This document shows positions 55,724 to 64,000 of a stretch of DNA of 64,000 nucleotides, one piece after another. A model generated the notes under the pieces. That model saw only the letters and a list, made by a program, of their open reading frames with translations. It made no database searches and had not been told where the DNA came from. How positions within the stretch are numbered: position 1 is the first letter of the stretch; each line of letters starts with the position of its first letter. The stretch is taken from IMG/VR virus record IMGVR_UViG_3300030117_004654, positions 27,866 through 91,865 of that record; one strand, written 5' to 3'. Position numbers and translations under genes: made by a program. The DNA comes from a virus.

Positions 55724-57724
55724 TTATGCGTTACTTCCCTTAAATACTTCCCACATAGATTCAGCAGCAATATAAACAACTGTTGCATATTGCGCTACAT
55801 CGAGAACAAGAGTATTTGCCGTTCCACCCATGCCCGCATCAATTACTCTAAATTCGTCACTACCTGCTCTAGTAAGTGTAACTTGACCTGCATTTATGTT
55901 TTTAAATGTGTATGTTCTACCTTCTACACCTGCGGGCATTGTCGCTGCAACCGCTGAACCATTACTAAAAACAACATACCTATAATCTTCAAATGTAGAT
56001 GCAGCATTTGAAGTAGAAGTAAGTTTAACAATTTTATTTCCTTGATTACCACCAAAATCAATTGTATTTAATGGGGCCATAGCAAGCCCGATTTTATCAA
56101 CATCAGCATCAACTGTAATCATATTTGTATTTGAATCTCCTTCTACTCGGAAATTAATATCTGCACCGCCTTCATTAAAACAGGCTTCAGTGGAAGTCAT
56201 TCTAAATACTTCTTGACCATCTGTTCCGGCCTTAGTTAAATAGAATAAGAATCTACCATCTTCTGTTCCAGCATCAGCATCATGTGAATCAGCCATTAAA
56301 TAGGCATAAGTGTGAATAGAACCACCTTTATCCATAGCCTTAAATCTAATAATTCCAATATCATCGCTATCTGCTACTTCAGAATGGCCACTGATAGGGT
56401 TCTTGAAAAATGTAATACCTGCTTCTTGGGAATCATCATTTTGGTTTTCAATTAGAAGAACAGGTTTACTACCCTCGATACTAACTAAATGTAATAATTC
56501 TTCAGGTGTTTGTGTTCCAATACCTACATTACCACCAACTAATGTTGCAGCATAATTTGTATCTGCCCCCATAACAACGGCATTTATTCCTACATTTTTT
56601 TGTGTTCCTGAAGTTCCACCTGTCATTGAAACATCAATACCTGTATTATTCACAGTTCCAACCATTGTTGGTGAATCAGAATTTAAATCTAAATCTAAAC
56701 CAATATTTGTAGCAGTTTGTCCTGATGCAGTAATACCTGTTGCATCAAAATCAATAAATGCCCCTTTTGTTGTAGCAGTAGTGGTTCCTGAAAAATCAGT
56801 ATCAACTGTTAATGTAGTTCCATCAAAAGTTAATTTTGCTTCACCATTCAATGCGTCAGCAGAACTAAATGTTGCTATTCTATCATTTGAGCCATTAGCA
56901 ACTGCTGAAACTACACCACCGCCTGTAACCCAAGATAAAACACCTGAAGAATCAGATTGTAAAGTTCTATCTCCACCGGGAAATGCTGCTGGCATTGTAT
57001 AAACTGAATTAGAAGTTACCGCCGCAGGTGCTTTAAATCCAGTATAATGTGCGCCATTATCCGTATCTTCTAAAAACCTTAATTCACCGGCATTAGTAGC
57101 ACCATTACCTAATGACATAAAGGGTGTTGTTACAATAGTTGCTGTTGTTCCAGCAATACTTAATCCTGACCCACTTGCGGTTAATGACCCTTTTTCAGTA
57201 TAACCACTATTATCATAACCAATACTAACTGAATTATCTGTAACATTTTGTGTAAACATTTGAAATGACCTATTTGTAGCATCATCCGCAGAACCAGCCT
57301 CAATATTAACTAATGCAACAGGAATATAACCGTCTGCAATATCTTTAACTCTTGGTGAAGAATAAATATTGGTTTCTATACTTAATTCTATATGTGGTGT
57401 GCCTCCACCATTAATATCCAATAATACCCATGCATACCTAGAATATGTTCCATTAGATACATGAGTAGAAGTTTGGTCAACTGTTAATGTTCCTGAATGA
57501 GAATATACTTTACCATCATAAATATACTGAGGGTCAACTAATGAATATCTTGTATAGCCTCCTGAAGAACTTAATGTAAAAGTTCCAGACTTAATAATCA
57601 TTCTCCCTTTAGCCATAATTTCTAATGCTTTGATAATTCCTGTATGTAATGAGTCTATTCCATCAACCATGCCGGTTGTTGGGGATGCTGCTAAATTTGT
57701 TATTCTACCTAAATTTGATACCAT
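55724..57724 (-). CDS. Tail fibre/spike-like structural protein
   Basis: G/S/T-rich; GELRFLEDTDNG..Y.GFKAP, GNVGIGT, FNEGGADINFRVEG motifs of phage fibres. Confidence 0.75.
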   Translation of the reverse strand: MVSNLGRITNLAASPTTGMVDGIDSLHTGIIKALEIMAKGRMIIKSGTFTLSSSGGYTRYSLVDPQYIYDGKVYSHSGTLTVDQTSTHVSNGTYSRYAWVLLDINGGGTPHIELSIETNIYSSPRVKDIADGYIPVALVNIEAGSADDATNRSFQMFTQNVTDNSVSIGYDNSGYTEKGSLTASGSGLSIAGTTATIVTTPFMSLGNGATNAGELRFLEDTDNGAHYTGFKAPAAVTSNSVYTMPAAFPGGDRTLQSDSSGVLSWVTGGGVVSAVANGSNDRIATFSSADALNGEAKLTFDGTTLTVDTDFSGTTTATTKGAFIDFDATGITASGQTATNIGLDLDLNSDSPTMVGTVNNTGIDVSMTGGTSGTQKNVGINAVVMGADTNYAATLVGGNVGIGTQTPEELLHLVSIEGSKPVLLIENQNDDSQEAGITFFKNPISGHSEVADSDDIGIIRFKAMDKGGSIHTYAYLMADSHDADAGTEDGRFLFYLTKAGTDGQEVFRMTSTEACFNEGGADINFRVEGDSNTNMITVDADVDKIGLAMAPLNTIDFGGNQGNKIVKLTSTSNAASTFEDYRYVVFSNGSAVAATMPAGVEGRTYTFKNINAGQVTLTRAGSDEFRVIDAGMGGTANTLVLDVAQYATVVYIAAESMWEVFKGSNA

Positions 57725-57725
57725 T

Positions 57726-58154
57726 TTATTCTACCTCCACTGTAAATGTAAAATTTAATACGTCTGTTGATTGAAAGGGGCCGATTGCATCAAAAACTAC
57801 TCTAGCCAACATACTTGTTTCTGTTGCGGCTTCTGTTCCATTTGAATCTGCTGGTTGAACACCTTCAGTTATCATAACACCGAATTGAGTATCATTTGTC
57901 GGCATATTTTCGCTAAAGATACCAAATTCTCTTACAGTATTACCTAATAATAATCCACCATTAGTAGATAATACAAAATCAATAGTAGTGTCATCAGATT
58001 TAGAATTTGATGTTGAAGTGTTTACGCTTAAAATTGGAACATCTAAATCTGTTGCGGTTGGAAACGTTGCATTTCCGCCAGCCCCTACATTTCCTTTATT
58101 ATAGAAATTTTTTAAGAAATGTGCTACCTTTATTTTTGCTTCATCTACAATCAT
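57726..58154 (-). CDS. Putative tail/baseplate-associated protein
   Basis: VREFGIF...MLARVVF pattern typical of fibre-attachment proteins; lies between tail genes. Confidence 0.55.
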   Translation of the reverse strand: MIVDEAKIKVAHFLKNFYNKGNVGAGGNATFPTATDLDVPILSVNTSTSNSKSDDTTIDFVLSTNGGLLLGNTVREFGIFSENMPTNDTQFGVMITEGVQPADSNGTEAATETSMLARVVFDAIGPFQSTDVLNFTFTVEVE

Positions 58155-61100
58155 TTATATTCCTCCCATAATACATCTTCATTGACTAAATTTCCAATAG
58201 CCTGTGTAGTATCGACTGATGCTTGAGTATTTAACCCTGCCGCAGTATTTCCTTGTGTTACTTGCCTTGTCATACTAAGTTTAATTGGTTTTAACCTCAT
58301 TGTATCATAATGCATACTATCTACCTTACTTGATTTAAATTTATCTTTTCTTAAAAATGATGATAGTTTCTTTTGTGATATAATTAAACTAGCAAGATGA
58401 TTATCTAGTGTTTTATTATAACCACCACATTCTAAAGTTAATTGTCCCATAGTATCATGTCTTATTTCTAGAATAATATATGATGACCTAGGTATATGTT
58501 CACTTGGATAATCTATTACAATAATATCTCCTGATTTAATTAATTCTAAATTTTCAGCAATACACTTCACTTTGATTCTATTTTGATTTATAAGAAACAG
58601 TGATAATAAACTTGTTGCTTTTTTATCAGCCTCGGTTTGAGTAGATATAGTATCATCAAATTCTTCATAAGTTATTTTTCCTAATTCTTTAATACTTTTA
58701 ACATTCCTTTTAGTAGATTTAACATCGTTCCCATAAACTATTACTTCATTGTAAAAACCAAATGCTGAATCATTTTGTTCTATTTCTATTACTTTAATAT
58801 CAGAATCATTCTCATTAATTTCTAAATTTGTAAATCTAAAGTTATCTAATTTAGATATAATTTCAATATCTTCACCGACTATGTTTATTTCTTCATCTTT
58901 TAATTTTGCTAAATAATCAATAGAATTATATAAATCTCCTCCTTGAATATTAGGGGCAGTAATATATAATTTATCTTTATCTTTTTTAGTATAGATTATA
59001 TTATTTTCTTCTAATAATTCATTTACAATATTATGTGTATCTTGACCAATTCTAACACCTACACCGATAGAAGCAGTTAAAGGATTTTTAATATTAATTT
59101 TTGTGCTAGTTTTTAAAGTAAATATTTCTCCTAATGAAACTACACCAGACATTTTTTCTTTAAAATCTCCATCAAACTGCATTGTATAATAAGGTATAGT
59201 CTGTTGATTAGGATTACCTGTTCTTGTATGGTCAGTTTTAGTTATTGTAACTGATTTTCTTTGTTTACTAATCCCATCATTAAGTAACATATCATATGTT
59301 CTCAATGGTATTCTAGTTGAAGGTTCAAAAGTATTTTTTCCGTGGTCATAATCTGTATCTCTCGGTACTAAATATCTTTCATGATTTGAAGTATAAACAT
59401 TATGATGAGGGTTAATTGGAACATACATAGATAAAATACCTTCATTATTATCAAACTCAGTTAAATCATTGTATTTGTATTGATTATTATCATTTTTTTC
59501 ACCAAATCTAAATAAAGGAATATCACCATACATTTCATCAGAATCTGCCTTTTTAGTATATCTACTACTTGGCCTCCATAAGTCAATAGTTGTAGGGGAG
59601 TTTTTCCAAAAACAAACTTGATTTGGTCTAAATACTCTAAAATAATTATTTTCATCTGTATCAAAATTATCAATAACAAATTCATGATATTCAACTGAAC
59701 CTGTTCTAACAATTTCATGCGATATAATTTTATGTATTGATTGTGGTATTTTTTCTGCTAAAGATTTCTTTCGGTCATTAGTATCATCATCTGTATTATT
59801 ATCTACGGTTCTTAATCCCGTGTATGCTGAAGTATCACCTAACACTGTTGCTGCGGCCTCAATAGAAACTAAATAACAACCTGTTAAATTGGGACTATAT
59901 TTTACCCAATGGTTACATTCTAAATTACCAAGATTTGAATAAACAGGATTTTTACCTGTTGTATCTACTCTAAATTTAAAATATTTATTTGAGTGACCAT
60001 CTAAACTATTGATATTCTCTCCAATACTTTGACTAGTTCCTGCTGAGGTTGTCGCTGTTCCTTGTGTTATATATAACATTGGTTTAAAAACAAAATCTCC
60101 ACCATCACAAATAGTGTTTGAGCCGTCACCCTCATTTTTTACGTAATTTCCATCACTATCTTTTGTTACTTTAAATTTAGCAAATTCTCCTCTCCAATCA
60201 TTAGAAACGCTAGTAACTGAAGTTTTATTAGTTTTAGTATCAAATAATCTAACATTTAAAGTAAAGGGTGTAATATCCTTTATTGATTCATCGGTATCAG
60301 TTCCAATTTTATAATTTAATTGGTTAATATTTGGGTCACCAGCATTACTTCCTGTATAACCCGTAGCAGACCAATTACCTTTTTCTTGTGTAGTAAGCCA
60401 TGACATACCTTCTTTTAATTTAAACCCTTCTGAATTTTCCATACCTCTCCTTCTTAAGCAAGTAAATCTCATCATATAATAAGGTATTGTATTATCAGGA
60501 ATATCTTCAAACCATGATTTTCTACTTGCTGCTGTACTATGAGTATGGTGTTTATATAATTGATAATTAGATAATGAATCTAAAATTTTAGAAGGGTGAA
60601 TTAATTCTGCATCTGCTATACTTGAACCTACTGACAATGTTCCGAAATCTGGCCTACAATGTGTGCCTAAAAGTTCTTTTGGTGCTAAAGGATGACCGGC
60701 AGTATGATTTGTTCCACTTGTTAAAGTTGGACCACCCACTACTCTTCTTTTAAAATTAAAAGTTAATCCTGAAGCAGTTGCACCCTGATTAGCATTTAAT
60801 GTACAAATTCTAGTAGAACCTGTTTGACCAGACGCATAATCAGTAACAGTACCAATGAAAGTACTACCATTGTAAACTTTCATACCAAATTCAACAACAT
60901 CATCCATATTTATTGTGACAGTGTTACTACCAATACCTTCATCAACAGTTGTAGTTGCAGGGAATCGTATAATTCTAGGATTATCACCAAAAGTAGTTCC
61001 TAAACCGGTAGTTGCAGTATTATTTGTTTCTCCACTGCCTATACTAAATAAAAGTCTTTCTGGAACAGTGCATAATAAAGTTCCAAAATTATGACCGGAA

Positions 61101-64000
61101 TCTCTTTCATCTGCACCATCTTTCCATAATTTATTTACAGTATCTCTTATGGATTCATAAAGAATAATAACCATTTCTGTATTTGAACCACCACCTGTAT
61201 AATCATCATGGTCAGTAACAGAATAATAAGTTCCAACAAATACTCCATTATCTGTAAAAATTTGGTCGCCCGCAGAAAGAAGACTTCCTGCAATAAGACC
61301 TGATACACCTGTTATTGCAAGAGTACTAACAGCATTTGTGTATAATGCTTGTCCTGTTAAATCATCTCCTTGAATTGCTGTAATATCCCCACCACCGGGA
61401 TAAGTTTGTGTTCCTCCTTCAGTTACTTGTTCATCATTACCAGATGGTCGACATAAATATAATCTATGACCACTAGTACCATTTTGATATAACTTTTGTA
61501 ATTGAATTCCTTGCATAACAATTGGTAAACTAATATGATTTAAAAAACCTTGATTGGCTAACCCTTCATGGGGGAAATCCATTTTTCTCATAAAAACTTT
61601 TTTATATTCTGAATCTGCATTGAAACCATAACCTTCATCATTAAAATTCATATTTGAACTAGTAGAATCATTATCACTATCCCCTGTTGATAAATAACCA
61701 TTAAAAATATGACCTTGTAACATATTAATATCTAATGGGGTATTATTAAAGTTATTATTTAATGAAACACTATCATCATGTGATTCTCTTGAAAAATTAG
61801 AAAATGTCGATTTATTTCCCCAACCCCCAATATTAAACCTAGGTGAAGCAGAATTTAAAATATTACCTTTTTCAATATAAAACAAATTACCTGTTGCATC
61901 AGCACCATTTACTTTGGGTATAGTAGTAGTACAAACTAAATTTACATTACCAACCCCTCCAATACTTGAAACTTTTCCTAGATATCTACCATTACCATCA
62001 AAAACATAAGTTCCTGTTTTAAATTTAGTTGAGTCAACAGCGTTAGTGCAAACAATAATGTTACTAGAAATACTTGAAATTGTTTCACCACTATCAATTA
62101 GTTTATTTTGCCTAACATATTCAAAATAAGGAACTAAATTTTCCGTACCTTTTCTTGGTCTTTCTGGGTCAACTTCGTTAAAATGCCAATCTAAAGTTAA
62201 TTCAGTTAATCTCATTAAGCCAAAACATTTCATTTCATTAGTTTTAATTGAACCTTCTGATATATTTAACAATTGGTAAGAATCATCTGTTGCTTCTAAT
62301 TGATTCACCATGCCTTCATAATGATAATGAGAAACGTTACTTTTTGCACTAGATTCTTTAGATTTAATCATAATACTATAATCAGCAAAATCTCTTTCTA
62401 TATTTCCTATATGGTTAGGTCTAGCCATACTATCAGGGTATAAATCCGCAGTTGTAAATAAATGGGTTCTAACAACTTTGGGGTCAATGTGTTCAAATGC
62501 GGCTCTAGCATTTTTAACAGAATTTGCTCTTGCCCCACCAATACGATGATTAAGGTCACCATCTCCTGCAATATGGTTTCCTCTATTTGTTATACCCCAA
62601 GCACCACCCATTAATTCAGCCTCTTTTCTTGGCAATAAATAAGAATCTCTAACTAAAGATGCTGGGTATTTATCATAATCAAAGAAATTACTTCCTGAAG
62701 TTGGATAAATTCCTCTAGTTTCTGGAGAACCATATTGTTGATAAGAATTGGTAAAATCATTATCAGTACCAAATGCAGTAATGATGGGTTCATTTATTAT
62801 TCCCGGAGAAACTCTAATTATAGGGGCATAAGCATTGAATTCACTAGTATCTTGATAATAGTGTCTAGATATTTCTAAATCAGTATCATATTTAATATAA
62901 TTTAGAGAACCTTTATCTCCTTTCTGTAAATCAAAATATCTCCACATAAATGAACCATATCTATCTATGGCACAATGATGACCACTATCAACATAAGTTC
63001 CATAAGCAGTTAAATGTTGATTAAACATTACAGGCATAGCAGAAGAACCAACTGTTCCCGCTTGATTTCTTGCAGTTAATTCAGAGGCAGCAAATTGTAT
63101 TATTCCACCATTTCTTAAACCTTGGGTATTAATTAAATATAATCCATGAGTTTTATCAGTGGAAGTATAAAGATATTCTGAAGCAGAAAGAGCCGCACCT
63201 AATGGTCTATCTAAAAGAATATAACATACAGAAGTGCTTGTGGTTTCTATGGCTATAATTTTTCCTAAAAGAGTTCCAGAAGAATTGTATATAAAGGTTC
63301 CAACAGGTATTGCTGAATTAACATTTGAATAAGTGTCTGATAATTCTAGTGAGCCCTTTCTACCAGCATCATAAGAAGTGCTACTAAGATTTATCGAAGT
63401 AATAGTTAATGTTTCTACTCTAGCATCTGCTGGATTTTCATCTATTCTTCCCATAATAATAGGACAATTAGGCGCAATAGATATAATTGATTCTCCCTCT
63501 TGATTATCAATATCTATAATTTCATATTCAGTTAAAGAATTAACTGTGTGAATTGTTTTATTTGTATCAGTAATTTCATCTTTCAAAGTACACATAAAAT
63601 TGTTAGTACCTAATACGCTTCTAGGTTCATTTATATCATACCCTAATGAATCTGGATGCGAATGTGATGAAGTCCCAACTAAAGAATCTAATTCAGTATC
63701 AGGTTGGTGATATGTTCCTTCTTTTAATTCCTTCCCACTTAAAAATAATAAACCTTTTCCTGATGCACCTGTTAGTGAACTTACAGTTTTAGTTAATGTT
63801 GGATTAGAAGATAATGCTTTAGAAAAACTAATTAAATTTTTACCACGGTGCGCTCTGTAAATTGAATCATTATTTACTATGGAAGTTTGATTAAATACAC
63901 TAAGACTAGTACCTGTACTTCTATTATCTGTTACATTACCTATTACAGAACCATCTTCCTTAAAAATTAAATCATATTGAAGAATATTAGTATCTGTCCA
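58151..64000 (-). CDS. Very large tail/host-recognition protein (5' end outside the window)
   Basis: Reading frame stays open from 63595 to the window edge (checked by eye); repeated G..IF...G..LG.V modules; C-terminal tail-hub-like region (NEVIVYG...KSGDIIVIDYP). Confidence 0.75.
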   Translation of the reverse strand, partial: WTDTNILQYDLIFKEDGSVIGNVTDNRSTGTSLSVFNQTSIVNNDSIYRAHRGKNLISFSKALSSNPTLTKTVSSLTGASGKGLLFLSGKELKEGTYHQPDTELDSLVGTSSHSHPDSLGYDINEPRSVLGTNNFMCTLKDEITDTNKTIHTVNSLTEYEIIDIDNQEGESIISIAPNCPIIMGRIDENPADARVETLTITSINLSSTSYDAGRKGSLELSDTYSNVNSAIPVGTFIYNSSGTLLGKIIAIETTSTSVCYILLDRPLGAALSASEYLYTSTDKTHGLYLINTQGLRNGGIIQFAASELTARNQAGTVGSSAMPVMFNQHLTAYGTYVDSGHHCAIDRYGSFMWRYFDLQKGDKGSLNYIKYDTDLEISRHYYQDTSEFNAYAPIIRVSPGIINEPIITAFGTDNDFTNSYQQYGSPETRGIYPTSGSNFFDYDKYPASLVRDSYLLPRKEAELMGGAWGITNRGNHIAGDGDLNHRIGGARANSVKNARAAFEHIDPKVVRTHLFTTADLYPDSMARPNHIGNIERDFADYSIMIKSKESSAKSNVSHYHYEGMVNQLEATDDSYQLLNISEGSIKTNEMKCFGLMRLTELTLDWHFNEVDPERPRKGTENLVPYFEYVRQNKLIDSGETISSISSNIIVCTNAVDSTKFKTGTYVFDGNGRYLGKVSSIGGVGNVNLVCTTTIPKVNGADATGNLFYIEKGNILNSASPRFNIGGWGNKSTFSNFSRESHDDSVSLNNNFNNTPLDINMLQGHIFNGYLSTGDSDNDSTSSNMNFNDEGYGFNADSEYKKVFMRKMDFPHEGLANQGFLNHISLPIVMQGIQLQKLYQNGTSGHRLYLCRPSGNDEQVTEGGTQTYPGGGDITAIQGDDLTGQALYTNAVSTLAITGVSGLIAGSLLSAGDQIFTDNGVFVGTYYSVTDHDDYTGGGSNTEMVIILYESIRDTVNKLWKDGADERDSGHNFGTLLCTVPERLLFSIGSGETNNTATTGLGTTFGDNPRIIRFPATTTVDEGIGSNTVTINMDDVVEFGMKVYNGSTFIGTVTDYASGQTGSTRICTLNANQGATASGLTFNFKRRVVGGPTLTSGTNHTAGHPLAPKELLGTHCRPDFGTLSVGSSIADAELIHPSKILDSLSNYQLYKHHTHSTAASRKSWFEDIPDNTIPYYMMRFTCLRRRGMENSEGFKLKEGMSWLTTQEKGNWSATGYTGSNAGDPNINQLNYKIGTDTDESIKDITPFTLNVRLFDTKTNKTSVTSVSNDWRGEFAKFKVTKDSDGNYVKNEGDGSNTICDGGDFVFKPMLYITQGTATTSAGTSQSIGENINSLDGHSNKYFKFRVDTTGKNPVYSNLGNLECNHWVKYSPNLTGCYLVSIEAAATVLGDTSAYTGLRTVDNNTDDDTNDRKKSLAEKIPQSIHKIISHEIVRTGSVEYHEFVIDNFDTDENNYFRVFRPNQVCFWKNSPTTIDLWRPSSRYTKKADSDEMYGDIPLFRFGEKNDNNQYKYNDLTEFDNNEGILSMYVPINPHHNVYTSNHERYLVPRDTDYDHGKNTFEPSTRIPLRTYDMLLNDGISKQRKSVTITKTDHTRTGNPNQQTIPYYTMQFDGDFKEKMSGVVSLGEIFTLKTSTKINIKNPLTASIGVGVRIGQDTHNIVNELLEENNIIYTKKDKDKLYITAPNIQGGDLYNSIDYLAKLKDEEINIVGEDIEIISKLDNFRFTNLEINENDSDIKVIEIEQNDSAFGFYNEVIVYGNDVKSTKRNVKSIKELGKITYEEFDDTISTQTEADKKATSLLSLFLINQNRIKVKCIAENLELIKSGDIIVIDYPSEHIPRSSYIILEIRHDTMGQLTLECGGYNKTLDNHLASLIISQKKLSSFLRKDKFKSSKVDSMHYDTMRLKPIKLSMTRQVTQGNTAAGLNTQASVDTTQAIGNLVNEDVLWEEYK

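Noticed and set aside
1061-59718. Numerous antisense or alternate-frame ORFs in the track (e.g. 12712-13236, 19038-19334, 21882-22226, 25818-26243, 54310-54744, 55682-55957)
   Set aside because: Most overlap well-supported genes or tRNAs on the other strand or frame, lack an RBS, and have shadow-ORF composition (F/L/S/I-rich)

Overview
This window is a ~64 kb piece of an AT-rich dsDNA tailed virus of archaea. It is most likely a 'magrovirus' of Marine Group II/Poseidoniales. That assignment is inferred from the archaeal-type replisome, a TFIIB homolog, GGTGA ribosome-binding sites, a split PolB, GroES/GroEL and marine-phage-type tail fibre motifs. The layout has four parts. (i) 1-15.4 kb, minus strand: mostly uncharacterised proteins, 14 of which start with a shared M-(S/N/T/A/W)-W-x-(D/N)-I-L-K-like tag, plus a TerS-like Zn protein. 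(ii) 15.4-21.9 kb: a gene-sparse region with a strand switch. Short transcription units here are bounded by a repeated ACCATATGGT palindrome with CCAAAGT/ACTTTGG arms, followed by structured non-coding sequence and three tRNAs (Lys-UUU, Leu-UAA, Arg-UCU). (iii) 22-55.5 kb, plus strand: accessory genes and the replication/metabolism block. It includes a DenV-like glycosylase, class II RNR, TFIIB, GroES/GroEL, a PC4-like SSB, two histone-fold-like proteins, ATP ligase, RFC subunits, an OB-fold SSB, a recombinase-like ATPase, PCNA, split PolB, a Cas4-like nuclease, primase, an XPF/ERCC4 nuclease, an MCM-like ATPase and a DEDD exonuclease. It also carries a dispersed ubiquitin-like conjugation set: a Ubl ending GG-Y, a ThiF/E1, a JAB protease and a possible E2-like protein. 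(iv) 55.7-64 kb, minus strand: tail genes, the last running off the window. The strongest candidates for novel biology are the viral Ubl/E1/JAB system, the shared WxxILK tag on a block of putative virion-packaged proteins, and the palindrome-bounded gene cassette array. All product calls are from motif recognition by eye; no database searches were run.
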